This document shows, one piece after another, positions 10,697-21,176 of a stretch of DNA of 64,000 nt; the first letter of the stretch is position 1; each line of letters starts with the position of its first letter. The notes below the pieces were generated by a model, which was given only the letters and a program-made list of their open reading frames with translations, ran no database searches and was not told where the DNA came from. A program made the translations under genes and the position numbers. The DNA comes from a virus: the IMG/VR virus record IMGVR_UViG_3300027896_000014, positions 81,244 through 145,243 of that record, one strand, 5' to 3'.

Positions 10697-11181
10697 CAGA
10701 TTGGCTCCACATATATCGTAACGGTTCCAGAAGAAATACTTTGTACCAGAGGCCAAACCCAGTTCGCCTTGCCGCAGTCAAAAATGTATCGGGCCGAATA
10801 ATATCGAGTTCCGTCTGTAAGTGCTGAATCTCCAATAAATGTAATTGATTCAGTTAAGCCAAGGGCAATCGGAGTACCAGCCGCATCATGCATAACCAAG
10901 CAGATTTTAGCATTTGCTGAGGCCACCGAGAAGGTCGCATAAACCTCAACTAAACTTGAATTTCCGAGAGCCTTTGCCGAACCATTTTTGGTATGAACGT
11001 CTCCACTATCTGCCGAAGCAACAGCGGATCGGAGGGCAGCACCATAATTGGCCTTCTTGCTAACCATGTACCCTGCGGGGGAAATATTGGCAGTCGCTGA
11101 TACCAGATTATTTTGGATTGCCAAAATATCTACCCCAGCATCAGCCGCAAGCGTGTGAAGTACCTCATCTCCTACTGCCAT
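10696..11181 (-). CDS. Putative virion structural protein
   Basis: 161-aa beta-rich ORF in the tail block, good RBS. Confidence 0.55.
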   Translation of the reverse strand: MAVGDEVLHTLAADAGVDILAIQNNLVSATANISPAGYMVSKKANYGAALRSAVASADSGDVHTKNGSAKALGNSSLVEVYATFSVASANAKICLVMHDAAGTPIALGLTESITFIGDSALTDGTRYYSARYIFDCGKANWVWPLVQSISSGTVTIYVEPI

Positions 11182-11183
11182 AA

Positions 11184-13010
11184 CTACCTCCTTCTGCCAT
11201 ACGCATGAACAGGTTGTGTTCTTGCAAGAACTCCCCTCCTATTCATTGCCGAAATGTTTGGATAGTGAATCAGCTTAAAGTTTTCAGATGAATATTTATC
11301 CTCATATGCCCCAAGGCCCAGTGGGAGTGATTTCGTAGGGTCCCATGACGCACTCAAGGCTGCTCCAGGCTTATAGGCCCAAGCCCCCGTATATTCCCAA
11401 CGAGTAGCAAATTCCGTCTGGAGAGTTGTATCAAGGAATGCACTGATATAAGCCACATTCCCAGAAACTCCCCCACCCGATATCGCTCCATAGAGCGGAG
11501 TCCTAACTGTCGGGGTTGTATACGCAAAGGCAGTCGGATAGACCAAATTTATATGAGTACCATCTGGAATGGAGAAAATTCTGTTTAGCTCCCTATGGGC
11601 GGCATCTCCGATGCAAACTATTTCCCATTGTACAAATGGAGCACTGCTTGTTACCGGAATTGATGTTACTCCGGCGGCAACGCTGCTCGCCGCAGTCGTC
11701 TTGGTTGCATCATTTGCAATTATTGGGTTGGATGGATCTGGCGTAAAATTTTTCCAATCTCTTGATCTATATATTCCCGTTTGATAAACCCCTCCAGATT
11801 TCTCCCCTTGACCATAGAGGGTAATTTCTCCTCTCTGAACAAAAATATCTCCTGGTGCTACTACTGTATCGTTCCACGATCCACCTGCACCAACTAAAAT
11901 TATCGGGTTAGCTGGATCTGCAACCCAGGGACCAGAGACAGAGCCCGATGTAAAATGTCCAATTTGCCATACCGATGATACATTGACCCCCCCAACATAC
12001 ATATGCCATGTTCTTGAGGCCAAATCATAGGTAACGGCAGAAAATCCATGTCCATTAACATCCCATGTCCCCGCAGCTCCCGGGGTATCCATATAGCCCA
12101 CATCGGTAAATGTCGCCCCAAGATCTGCCGAGTAAGCAAGGCGAATTCTATATTTTGCATCACCGTTCCGGTAGGCTGTGTAAAAAAGATAAATCTTTCC
12201 ATTGAACCAAATAGGATTAGGAGCATAGACCGTATTTTCTCCACTCAGGGCAGCAATCGAAGCATTATATCCATCCCATCGGTGAAATTTAACTCCGCTA
12301 TCATAAGAAAGCGCTCTAAAAATATATTGAGTTGTGCTCACCTGCCCGTTGTAAAAAGCAATCATCACGGGGTCATTCGAAAATTTGCAAAAGTCGGTTT
12401 TCATTGAAGTAATATAATAATAATCCGTCCATGGTTCACCCCAGTAAAGATAAAGGGTTGTATAGGCTTTTATACCTGAAAAGGCAACGGGGAGAGTTTC
12501 AGCTATTGACATGGTATCCCCAAATGCCCTAATAGAAATTCTAAAGGAGCCTCCCTTGACAATTAATGAAATGTCTATCCAATAAGCCTGTCCTATGGAA
12601 AAACCGGTAGAAGATGTGCTCCAAGTACTACCGGTCCAATAATAAACCGTACCGGTAGTTACCTGTTTATATTCTATGTAAACTTTCCCAGCGCTCTGAA
12701 CGTAGTAAACCACAACGGGAGTTTTTGCGTTTTGATTAGTAAATGTGTCACATGCCGGGGTTCCATCTTCGAGACAGAGCAAATGGACATAGCCATTAAC
12801 CGTGCCATCCATCAAATGCCGCATCGTGTAGACAAAATCCTTTGTCGTGTCTATGGCGGACTTGACATAAACCAATGCCCCGTTAGCTGCTGCAGCGGAC
12901 ATTGTAATATTACACGAACCCCCAGCATTGGAGACAGCTCCATCTCCGGCTACGGATGTTCCGAAGACATTGGTATCGAGTGTGCTATCAAAATTATCAA
13001 GCCAACTCAT
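11184..13010 (-). CDS. Tail spike/receptor-binding protein with five-bladed beta-propeller glycosidase-like (GH32/43/130-like) domain
   Basis: YAPNPIWFNGKIYLFYTA, LAYSADLG, WHMYVGG, W..DP.NPII blade motifs. Confidence 0.65.
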   Translation of the reverse strand: MSWLDNFDSTLDTNVFGTSVAGDGAVSNAGGSCNITMSAAAANGALVYVKSAIDTTKDFVYTMRHLMDGTVNGYVHLLCLEDGTPACDTFTNQNAKTPVVVYYVQSAGKVYIEYKQVTTGTVYYWTGSTWSTSSTGFSIGQAYWIDISLIVKGGSFRISIRAFGDTMSIAETLPVAFSGIKAYTTLYLYWGEPWTDYYYITSMKTDFCKFSNDPVMIAFYNGQVSTTQYIFRALSYDSGVKFHRWDGYNASIAALSGENTVYAPNPIWFNGKIYLFYTAYRNGDAKYRIRLAYSADLGATFTDVGYMDTPGAAGTWDVNGHGFSAVTYDLASRTWHMYVGGVNVSSVWQIGHFTSGSVSGPWVADPANPIILVGAGGSWNDTVVAPGDIFVQRGEITLYGQGEKSGGVYQTGIYRSRDWKNFTPDPSNPIIANDATKTTAASSVAAGVTSIPVTSSAPFVQWEIVCIGDAAHRELNRIFSIPDGTHINLVYPTAFAYTTPTVRTPLYGAISGGGVSGNVAYISAFLDTTLQTEFATRWEYTGAWAYKPGAALSASWDPTKSLPLGLGAYEDKYSSENFKLIHYPNISAMNRRGVLARTQPVHAYGRRR

Positions 13011-13363
13011 GTCGGGTCCGCTATTTCTTCTTTAAAGGCCGGGATTGTGACGGTATTGCCGGCTGTTAAGACTTGGGATGTGCAGGTGGTTGTAAGTTTG
13101 ATCACACCGCCCAAACTTAAAACAATGTGCAGAGCAGTTCCGCTCCCCGTCACAGATACGCCAGCCTTTTGTGCCGTAGTTATTTTACGGCCAGATGAAT
13201 CCCCTTCTGCGATTGCATAATCCCCAGGGGCCATCGCAACATAAGCGAGGGTATTAGTTAAGTCGGTTGGAGTAGTTACATCACTGGTTACATCCACACG
13301 AGTGCAGGCTTGGACTACGCCAAGAGCTGCATCCAATACAGCATCTGCTACCGATTTACCCAT
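13007..13363 (-). CDS. Conserved small tail structural protein
   Basis: MGKSVADAVLDAAL...GDSSGRK...GNTVTIPAF..EIADP; RBS GAGGAGG. Confidence 0.6.
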   Translation of the reverse strand: MGKSVADAVLDAALGVVQACTRVDVTSDVTTPTDLTNTLAYVAMAPGDYAIAEGDSSGRKITTAQKAGVSVTGSGTALHIVLSLGGVIKLTTTCTSQVLTAGNTVTIPAFKEEIADPT

Positions 13364-13466
13364 TTTCTTCCTCCTCAATTTTTATTCCGTGACTGATGAT
13401 TACGTCCTGGACCTCAAGGACGATATCCTTTTTCTCCTCTTTCTTTTCCTCTTCCATCGAATCCTC

Positions 13467-14609
13467 CTATCGTTTTCTATGTGTTATTGGATCAACCATT
13501 GCCCTGAATGATTCTAGGTCAAAGTCGGCTCCATCAAGGTTTCTTATCACGAAGGACATAAATCTGTTCTTCAATCCCCGTGGAAATTTGACCCTTTCTT
13601 CCCCGGAAAAAGTCCCATTTGTATTCAGGACCCTTGTTATCGGATCTATTCTTCCCTCATCAAGGATAAGTTGTATGGAAATTGGCCCCCCTCTTTTTAC
13701 GATCCATCCTTCTCGAAGTCGCTTTATGACATCCCTCCACAAATCCTCAGTCCCAGTTTGGATTGCGCTATCAATCCTGACCCCAGCATCATCATCTCCA
13801 TCTAAAAGAAAAATCCCTTGCTCAGAGGCTCCAATGTACATACCGAGTCCATGATAGTCGCAAAAGGAGTTAAAAGAATATCCAGAGTAGTCTGTAACCC
13901 CAAAATGGCTCAAATTCATCACAAATCCCTTTCGAGTCGAAACAAATGCCGGGATGTCAAGTGCGACATTGAATGCCTGAAACTCCTTTATTTCAAGCCA
14001 TGGGTCAATAAATGGGATATCCAGGGCAAATACCAGTTGATTCTGGTGAACAAAGGTAGCAGAAAGCGTTAGGGCAGGAATTTCAATCGCCCCACTGAGA
14101 ATACCACCAGATATTAAGGTTCCTGATAATTCTAAAGTTGGAACCTTAATCGCTCCACTGACTAAACTCCCCGATATAACGGTTCCAGATAATTTCAGGG
14201 CCGGGATGTCAATCTCTCCCCTGAATATATTTCCAGATTTAATGCCCCCAGATAATCTCAGGGCTGGAATGACAAGTGCGGCATCAATCTTAGTATGAAT
14301 AATCTGAAGAGAAACCTCTATTGCCGGAATGTCAAGCGAGGCATCCATCTCGTTACGAGGAGCAATCCTAAAAGAAAGCTTTACTGCCGGCATGGGGAGA
14401 GAAGCAGATAGCTTCTCCCCGCTTTTTATGGTAGCAGAGACTTCCAGAACAGGGACTTCAAGTGGAAAGTTGAGTACCGCTCCCTGCGAGATACTGGCAC
14501 CCAATTCTATGGCAGGGATATCTAGATTAACCGAAATGACACTCCCACTAATATCAAGTTCGGTCTCTATGGCAGGTAAATTAAGTGCAAACCACAGGGT
14601 ATTGGCCAT
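13467..14609 (-). CDS. Tail structural protein with L.IPA(I/L) repeats
   Basis: About 21-aa beta repeats, then Y.FNSF...YIGA...GIFLLDG.DD tail-nozzle-like C-domain. Confidence 0.6.
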   Translation of the reverse strand: MANTLWFALNLPAIETELDISGSVISVNLDIPAIELGASISQGAVLNFPLEVPVLEVSATIKSGEKLSASLPMPAVKLSFRIAPRNEMDASLDIPAIEVSLQIIHTKIDAALVIPALRLSGGIKSGNIFRGEIDIPALKLSGTVISGSLVSGAIKVPTLELSGTLISGGILSGAIEIPALTLSATFVHQNQLVFALDIPFIDPWLEIKEFQAFNVALDIPAFVSTRKGFVMNLSHFGVTDYSGYSFNSFCDYHGLGMYIGASEQGIFLLDGDDDAGVRIDSAIQTGTEDLWRDVIKRLREGWIVKRGGPISIQLILDEGRIDPITRVLNTNGTFSGEERVKFPRGLKNRFMSFVIRNLDGADFDLESFRAMVDPITHRKR

Positions 14610-14618
14610 TCACCCACC

Positions 14619-15410
14619 TTATGTCTTGGAAGTGGGTAACGTCAGTGAGAACGTATTGACGGTTGAGACGGCCGCAGCGGTAATCGTCGATGGATCAATC
14701 GTTGCGTCTCCACCCACGGTAGCAAGTGTTCCCTGAACCCGTTTGAGAACGTAGGTTGAGTCAAGAGCTCCGGTATCGTCTGGCGTACAGACGGTGAAGT
14801 AGCCAGCGACGCCAGTGGCCAGATTGCTTGAGCACTGCCAGGTATCTCCGGTAGGTTTGGAAATCACGCCCGCAACCGGTGCGCCGAACTGAAGAGTATT
14901 CACTCTTGCGGCACTGACCTTCGCTGTCACGGTGATGGCGTAACTGTTACCTCCCAATGTTGCATCAGCAATCGTTAGGGCAAGTCCAGCGATCCGACAT
15001 TGTGCCCAGATATTTACGGAGTCACCTTCACAAATAGCTTGAATCTGAGGAATGTCGTTGAGCATTCGAGCAACCCCGACTGCAACTGTCTGATCCGATT
15101 CAGCTGCCCCACATGTGTAGGTGTGAAGCGTAAGCACACTCTCCACCGTTACGTTGATATTGATGGTATAGCCTACCGCGTGACCAGTCGCAGGAACAAG
15201 CTTGTAGACTCTTGGGGTACTTCGGTCAGTTACGGCAACAGTACCCCCCGAGAGGGTGTATCGTGCCAGTTTTGTCCCGGTCCGTGCGTCCTCGGGATTC
15301 GTTGGACAAACCCCCTCATAAGCATCAAGCACGAAGTCCTCGAGGTTCCCTCTTACCCCTCTTCCTCCCATGATTGCATTCAAAAAAGCCTGCGAATATT
15401 TTACTGTCAT
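14619..15410 (-). CDS. Virion structural protein
   Basis: MTVKYSQAFLNAI...YEG..P...E...TGT.L...ATG.AGYF...RVQG conserved pattern. Confidence 0.55.
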   Translation of the reverse strand: MTVKYSQAFLNAIMGGRGVRGNLEDFVLDAYEGVCPTNPEDARTGTKLARYTLSGGTVAVTDRSTPRVYKLVPATGHAVGYTININVTVESVLTLHTYTCGAAESDQTVAVGVARMLNDIPQIQAICEGDSVNIWAQCRIAGLALTIADATLGGNSYAITVTAKVSAARVNTLQFGAPVAGVISKPTGDTWQCSSNLATGVAGYFTVCTPDDTGALDSTYVLKRVQGTLATVGGDATIDPSTITAAAVSTVNTFSLTLPTSKT

Positions 15411-15441
15411 CTTCCTGTCCTCCTTTACGCAAATGCGTGAT

Positions 15442-16443
15442 TTAAGTTGTGGTTATACGCCCACTGACCTCTATTGCCGGAATTTCTAATGCTATCTCTG
15501 TTCCACCATAGCCAGGTATTAGGTCATAGGTCCCTAGAAATTGCCGGATCTTTACCTGATTCTTAAGGATCCGGTAAAGAACTATCGCTCTTCCTCTAGC
15601 CGCTCCATCTATCCAGAAATGATCTCCCGTAACTCGATTGACTTGCCCACCCGGAAGTCCCATGTAGCAACCGTCTTGCGTAGCCCAGAGCACGATCTTC
15701 TCTGTCCGCCCACCGACGAGGGCCGTTCCAGATGTCTGGTGTACGATTGAGATGGCCATTCCCTCGATGGCCGGAAAATCGCACACTTCGGTATAATTGA
15801 ATTTAGGTGGATCTCCCGCACCTCCCTGAAGGAATCCGCATCGCTTGGTATCACTTACATAAAGGCCATCTTTAACCGCCTTCAACATCCTTCCCCTTCC
15901 TACGAACGAGACAAAATTATGCCTTTCGTCCCTGACCCATGGTTCCGTAGCATCGGAATAAATAAGAAGACCGTTCTGAAACACCCAGAGTCGGGAATCC
16001 CAATATTCCATCAGGTGTCCGGCTACCATTCTTTTTTTGAATTCCTGATCAACTTCTGGAATACCATGAGCCACGTGTTCTCTGATGTATCCAAATTTCT
16101 CGACGTTTGAGAAAAATACCATGTCCCCAACATCCTGGAAGATCATCTCTGTATCACCCACATTTGAAAGAATGGTGGTGTAGGTGAAGGTCATGGTGTT
16201 AAAATTTAGAGTCGCTTCTTTAAGATCTCCCGCCTGTACGCAAAGGCAAATGGAGGCGTTTGACCACATGCTGTGGGTGCTTTCGTCATCAAGTAGCGTC
16301 CTTCCTCTGCGCCGATGCAATTTCTTGTCATTATCGGAATCGATGTTCATGGCATAAGGCACATAGCCAGCTGGGATCCTGGTTGGATCCCGCTTCTTCG
16401 AAACACCCACAATATTTTTATATTCAAAATTTGGCTGAGGCAT
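15442..16443 (-). CDS. Tail nozzle/stabilisation (tubular B-like) protein
   Basis: Follows the adaptor; A.NID.D...L.RR.G N-terminus, propeller-like. Confidence 0.6.
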   Translation of the reverse strand: MPQPNFEYKNIVGVSKKRDPTRIPAGYVPYAMNIDSDNDKKLHRRRGRTLLDDESTHSMWSNASICLCVQAGDLKEATLNFNTMTFTYTTILSNVGDTEMIFQDVGDMVFFSNVEKFGYIREHVAHGIPEVDQEFKKRMVAGHLMEYWDSRLWVFQNGLLIYSDATEPWVRDERHNFVSFVGRGRMLKAVKDGLYVSDTKRCGFLQGGAGDPPKFNYTEVCDFPAIEGMAISIVHQTSGTALVGGRTEKIVLWATQDGCYMGLPGGQVNRVTGDHFWIDGAARGRAIVLYRILKNQVKIRQFLGTYDLIPGYGGTEIALEIPAIEVSGRITTT

Positions 16444-16452
16444 CGTTTATCC

Positions 16453-17433
16453 CTAATAACTCTTCCAGATTCCAGATCTACCGGATCGAACCTGCCTTTC
16501 CGATCGATCCAAGAAGATCAGGTCTTTCTTGACCTTCGCCTTAAGCAATTCGAACCGTTTCCCGTTTTTATCTGACGATGCTGGGTCGAGAGTCTGTGTA
16601 TCTTCTTTCAGAAAGGCCTCCCTGCCTATTCCATAGATCAATTCCCGGTGATATATTGTCTTGATTTCCGGGGCTACAGGAGGATTCGCAGTGATATCAG
16701 CAGTGGTGAATGGAGCCAGGGGTAAGCGATTGACCACCGTAATGAGAGTGTTACAGACCTTCCGAAGCGTAGCGCTCGTCAGGAATTCATCGAACAAAGT
16801 TTGGTTGATGGTGATCTCGGATGCGGTGAGCGAAGCGACCGTTACATAACCATTGTTTTTGACCGTCCCGGAAATATTGATCTCGTCCCCTACATCATAG
16901 TGGGTCGTGAAGTTCCATGGATTTCCGTCTTCATCCACTCCAGTTATTGAAATCTGACTCGTTGCTGCCGTAAATGAAATACTCAAAACCCCTACTACCT
17001 CTCCCTTTCTGTGGTATTTTGGGTATATGTAGAAGTACCCCCTACCACATTCCGGGATATACCGTTCCGGGGTGTGCCATTCCCCTCCATGATGATGCTC
17101 TTCTCTCCAACCCCTTCGGAGTTGATCCATATAAGCCTCAGATGTTCTTATCAAAGTTCTATGACGATGATTTTCATGATGATGCAAGAGGTAGGCACCT
17201 TCTTTGATGTTGAGTATTCGATCATCAATGGTGTACAGGCCCATATTACTGAGCAATTTAAACTGAGTAAGAGAAACCGTAGATCGATCTTCTACCAGTA
17301 ATGTTTCCCGGTAGAGTTCTTCGGTAATAATATTCAGATAATGGATAATCTCATCGTTTCCCCACAAAAAGGGCTCAATTGTATCGTCAAGGACCGTGCT
17401 TCGCGTAAGGTTAATTATTTCACCGACATTCAT
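16453..17433 (-). CDS. Head-tail adaptor protein
   Basis: M...EII...R...LDD...P.LW.N.EII.YLN and EI...YH..L..G....AFLK.D motifs. Confidence 0.7.
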   Translation of the reverse strand: MNVGEIINLTRSTVLDDTIEPFLWGNDEIIHYLNIITEELYRETLLVEDRSTVSLTQFKLLSNMGLYTIDDRILNIKEGAYLLHHHENHRHRTLIRTSEAYMDQLRRGWREEHHHGGEWHTPERYIPECGRGYFYIYPKYHRKGEVVGVLSISFTAATSQISITGVDEDGNPWNFTTHYDVGDEINISGTVKNNGYVTVASLTASEITINQTLFDEFLTSATLRKVCNTLITVVNRLPLAPFTTADITANPPVAPEIKTIYHRELIYGIGREAFLKEDTQTLDPASSDKNGKRFELLKAKVKKDLIFLDRSERQVRSGRSGIWKSY

Positions 17434-17442
17434 GACTTTCCC

Positions 17443-17793
17443 CTACTTCAGACCCTTTTTTGACTTCTCGATCACGCCAATGAGAGTATCTTTTTTGCCC
17501 GAAGGTTCCTGAATCCCAACTTTCTTCAATTGAAACTCCACCGTGTACCTCTTCTTGCCTTCCTTCTGTTCGTTCATCCGAATTTCGGTAACTTCCCCTA
17601 CTCCCTGAATGGTGAGCTCTTCACCGATTTTCACCTTTTCAAGCTGAGGTAGCTTCGCAACCTGTTCGGATTCAAACCGAATTTGAAGGCCATACGGATA
17701 TTTCGGGCCTTCGCCTCCAATAGGGGTAGGCATCGTTTCGGCCTTTAGTTCCTTTTTCGTTTTCTTTGGAAGTTCGAGACTGACCATTTCCAT
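17443..17793 (-). CDS. Capsid staple/gp10-like protein
   Basis: YPYGLQIRF....V.KL...VG......G...V pattern. Confidence 0.55.
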   Translation of the reverse strand: MEMVSLELPKKTKKELKAETMPTPIGGEGPKYPYGLQIRFESEQVAKLPQLEKVKIGEELTIQGVGEVTEIRMNEQKEGKKRYTVEFQLKKVGIQEPSGKKDTLIGVIEKSKKGLK

Positions 17794-17814
17794 TTGATTT
17801 ATCTCCTTTCTTTC

Positions 17815-17843
17815 TTGACAATCAAATTACGCAAATGTATACT
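17815..17843 (+). promoter_or_regulatory. sigma70 promoter TTGACA-17-TATACT with degenerate operator in the spacer
   Basis: Near consensus; ATG at 17851 follows 7 nt after the -10 box. Confidence 0.75.
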
Positions 17844-17850
17844 TATAAGT

Positions 17851-17997
17851 ATGAAAATCAAACTACCTCCTCGGCTAAAGTGCAAACGTTGCGGATACAC
17901 ATGGACTCCGCGACAAACCGACGTAAGAATCTGCCCACGGTGCAAATCGGCTTTGTGGGACAAAGTGAAGAAGGAGAAGCATGAAAACATGGACTGA
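17851..17997 (+). CDS. Small Zn-ribbon protein
   Basis: CKRCGYTW.PR....ICPRCKS..WD. Confidence 0.65.
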   Translation: MKIKLPPRLKCKRCGYTWTPRQTDVRICPRCKSALWDKVKKEKHENMD

Positions 17998-18745
17998 ATC
18001 TGAGTTGGAGATTCTTCGCAAATATTTCCCCACCGATTCCAAGGAGTCCCTTTCTGCTATGTTCAACAGAACCTTTGACACAATCCGCACCAAAGCCACA
18101 AGGATGGGGATTCGTAGAATTCTCGGGGCTCAGTGGACGAAGGAAGAATTTGACATTCTTCGCAAATTTTATCCAACTGGTTCCGAGGATGAACTTGTTA
18201 CATTGCTTCACAGATCGTTCAACACAATCAGTTGTCAGGCTCAGAGATTGGGTATTCGTAGGCTTGGAATCTGGTGCAGACAAAAACTTGAGGATAGATT
18301 TGAAAATTTTGTTATACCCGAACCTAACAGTGGGTGTTGGCTCTGGATGGGAGGAGAAAATAGACAAGGGTATGGACAAATTGGGAATGGTAACGGAAAA
18401 GATGTTCGTGCCCATCGTGTTTCTTGGGAAATTCATAATGGTCCTATTCCACAGGGCTTTTGGGTACTTCATTCCTGTGACAACCCATCTTGCGTAAATC
18501 CTCAGCACCTCTTTCTTGGAACACCTCAGGATAATATGGACGACTGTTGCAAGAAAAAGAGGCAAACTTATGGATCTCGCAATTGTAAGGCCAAACTTAC
18601 TGATGCTGACGTAATCAAAATCAGGCAAGATCCTCGATCCCCAAAAGAAATAGGTATATCCTTTGGTATATCCAGGGCTACGATATACAACATTAAAGAC
18701 AGTAGAACTTGGAAACATATTCCAAGTAACTCCACAATCTCCTAG
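17981..18745 (+). CDS. HNH homing endonuclease with N-terminal Myb/SANT-like repeats and C-terminal HTH
   Basis: CWLWMG...GYG...AHRVSW...VLHSCDNPSCVNPQHL..GT..DN..D. Confidence 0.9.
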   Translation: MKTWTESELEILRKYFPTDSKESLSAMFNRTFDTIRTKATRMGIRRILGAQWTKEEFDILRKFYPTGSEDELVTLLHRSFNTISCQAQRLGIRRLGIWCRQKLEDRFENFVIPEPNSGCWLWMGGENRQGYGQIGNGNGKDVRAHRVSWEIHNGPIPQGFWVLHSCDNPSCVNPQHLFLGTPQDNMDDCCKKKRQTYGSRNCKAKLTDADVIKIRQDPRSPKEIGISFGISRATIYNIKDSRTWKHIPSNSTIS

Positions 18746-19026
18746 GCTCTTCCTTCTAATTCTCATCTTCCCACCTAAATCCACAAAAGGGGCAGCATCC
18801 CGCCCAATCTGGGTCATCGAGGAAGATCTGTCCACACTTTTTACAGTGAATTACATAAGTATTTCCTGGGTTGGGATCAATAGACCCTTCGCTTACGGTT
18901 TGATCGGCCATACCTAATCCTCCTTAATGTGCCCACAGACCTTACACACCTTAAAGGTTCTCCGGCCCTTCTTCACCTTTTTCCAACTGCATTCTCCACA
19001 GGATGGGCATTTATCTGGGGACCCCA

Positions 19027-19509
19027 TTAAACGTTAATACCCATCTCTTTTAGCACGCTTGGTCCCTTGTCTATTTTAGGTCTCCCAGAGGTGCGTTTCG
19101 ACTCCTTAATATCCTTCGGCTTCTCTGCCTTTCCGGTTACCGCCTCAGCCGCTTCCTCTGGCCCCGTGGGCTCCTCATCTTCCATCAATTCGGCTTGTGC
19201 CTGCAGGAACTGAATCTGGACCAGCAATTCCGCCTTTGTCATCTTCTTGCCAGCGGGCGGTGCTTCTTCCTCTTTCCCCACCCCTCCGAATTTCTGATCC
19301 CACCACGCCAGCGCCTTCTGCTTGTGGTAGTCAGGAATAAGCTCAAGAAGTGATCTGTCCTCTACCAGTTCACCGTTCAGAAGAATGTAGTCCCCACCCG
19401 TCGTCTCGAGGACATTGCCTTGTTCCGTCGTGAAATTGTGAATCGTCCAAAACTCCTTTCCGTTCAACACCATTCTCGATCCTTCCGGTACTGCTGGTTT
19501 TGGTAACAT
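19027..19509 (-). CDS. Hypothetical protein (head region)
   Basis: ORF with RBS, acidic/basic tail. Confidence 0.55.
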   Translation of the reverse strand: MLPKPAVPEGSRMVLNGKEFWTIHNFTTEQGNVLETTGGDYILLNGELVEDRSLLELIPDYHKQKALAWWDQKFGGVGKEEEAPPAGKKMTKAELLVQIQFLQAQAELMEDEEPTGPEEAAEAVTGKAEKPKDIKESKRTSGRPKIDKGPSVLKEMGINV

Positions 19510-19553
19510 AAAGACTCTCCTTTCTAATTTAGTTTTGTGTAAATCCTTCTGCT

Positions 19554-19931
19554 CTATCTAAACATAGCAATGAGAGCCGCCCTGGTTTTGCTGCCATCAG
19601 CAAAAATTCCCCAAAGAGATACTCTCGCCCATTCTCCCTGCCCCATGTCAACAAAACCACATGACATAATTCTGTTAACACCGGCCACTTGGTCGGCAGT
19701 CAAAGCCCCCCATTCTCCCCCATCAATACAATTTCCTATTTTACAGGTTGGGATGAGGTTGGCGAATACGGCATCATACGCTTTAATCGAATCCGCCACT
19801 ATCTTGTTTTGAGCCGCATAATACTGAATCACTTCTAATATGTCTGAAGTAACCTTTTTCCCCTCACATAAAGTACAGATTTTTTCTCCAATCAGTCCGC
19901 TTCCTCCACACAATGGGCAAGTTATTTCCAT
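19554..19931 (-). CDS. Protein with DnaJ-type CxxCxGxG zinc motif
   Basis: CPLCGGSG...CTLCEG. Confidence 0.6.
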   Translation of the reverse strand: MEITCPLCGGSGLIGEKICTLCEGKKVTSDILEVIQYYAAQNKIVADSIKAYDAVFANLIPTCKIGNCIDGGEWGALTADQVAGVNRIMSCGFVDMGQGEWARVSLWGIFADGSKTRAALIAMFR

Positions 19932-19945
19932 CTAATCCTCCCTAC

Positions 19946-19979
19946 AAAAATAAAACGGAGGGGACAAAGCCCCCCCGTT
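19946..19979 (-). terminator. Intrinsic terminator after the head genes
   Basis: AACGGGGGG-ctttgt-CCCCTCCGTT followed by TTATTTTT on the minus strand. Confidence 0.7.
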
Positions 19980-19984
19980 AGACG

Positions 19985-21001
19985 TTAACTGCCAACTGCA
20001 GCCGTAGGTATCCTTCCCAATCCACCGCCAGTAGCAGTAATTGGCATGGCAGTAACTACACACTCCCCAGTACCTGCTGCTTGCCAATAAGTATAGCCAA
20101 CTCCAGTACAATTTTCGAGAACGTGACTTTGGGTGGCAATAGAGCTACCCCATTTAAAAACTGATGTGCACTTGTTTCCCCAGTTTGTCCAGAAATTGTA
20201 GAACAGACAATCTTTATATCTTTCCAAATGGTCCGCTCCCCATGTATTGGGTATATAAATCATTGGTACACCAGCCGTTTCAGCCCAGGACTTAAAAATA
20301 CAGTTGCGGAACTCAACCTCTGAAGGACCATTGCCCCCAGCGCCACTGTACAATAAGTGTCCCTGTGTAATAGATGTCCTTGCCCCCCACGCCATCTGTC
20401 CGATTGTGCAATCCTCGAAGATAGAGTAAGCACCATTGGCACCAATTTCGAGTGAAGAACAACCAGCAGTAGCAATCTGGGTAGAGTTCATAATTCCGAG
20501 GAAAGCAGTTTTAAAGAAACTGTTCCCATAGCTGTTTACCTTGACTGGCGATAAACAGGCTGCATTGGCCCCATAATTATTGATACAGAGATTATGGAAC
20601 GTGTTGCGCTTGCCCGTCAGGTTAATGACATAATCAATGGCTATTCCCGTGGTATAGATTGTAGTCCCTAACAGACTCCAATCGCTGAAGAAATTTGATC
20701 CACCAACCCCAACAAGATGGACAAAATTCTTTGTCCAGAGGAGTGTAGCTGTTTCAAGATAATTTCCAGGGAACACACAAATCACATCATTCCTGTAATC
20801 GGTCACGGCAGCATAGGCATCTGCCAAAGTAGCAAAGATGTGAGCCCCATCAACTCCCTGGTTTACCAACCACTGCCGATAATTGCTCGTAGCCGAGGCA
20901 GCCGGGCAGAGATAGAACACATCTCCTATTCCCGGTCCCAACTGAAGGGTACTCATGAGCCACATTTTAAGATCCCTTGCAAGATTTCCTCTTTTTATCA
21001 T
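19985..21001 (-). CDS. Beta-helix (pectin-lyase-like) virion protein, possibly a head fibre
   Basis: FATLADAYAA....NDVI.V.PG.Y.E motif; repeated F.(N/D)C.F. Confidence 0.65.
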   Translation of the reverse strand: MIKRGNLARDLKMWLMSTLQLGPGIGDVFYLCPAASATSNYRQWLVNQGVDGAHIFATLADAYAAVTDYRNDVICVFPGNYLETATLLWTKNFVHLVGVGGSNFFSDWSLLGTTIYTTGIAIDYVINLTGKRNTFHNLCINNYGANAACLSPVKVNSYGNSFFKTAFLGIMNSTQIATAGCSSLEIGANGAYSIFEDCTIGQMAWGARTSITQGHLLYSGAGGNGPSEVEFRNCIFKSWAETAGVPMIYIPNTWGADHLERYKDCLFYNFWTNWGNKCTSVFKWGSSIATQSHVLENCTGVGYTYWQAAGTGECVVTAMPITATGGGLGRIPTAAVGS

Positions 21002-21176
21002 GGTTTTTTCCTCCCATAGTTTTCCCCTACAGAAGTAGGATACTGGTTAAATTGTTAAAGGAATGAAGCGTGTTGCTTCGCCAATTAGCCTCCTTTCTCG
21101 ACCACCCTAAGAGGACACAATTGTCCCGATGAGCATCGGAGATATGGGGAGAGGAAAATCCCCTCCCCAGTTTAGT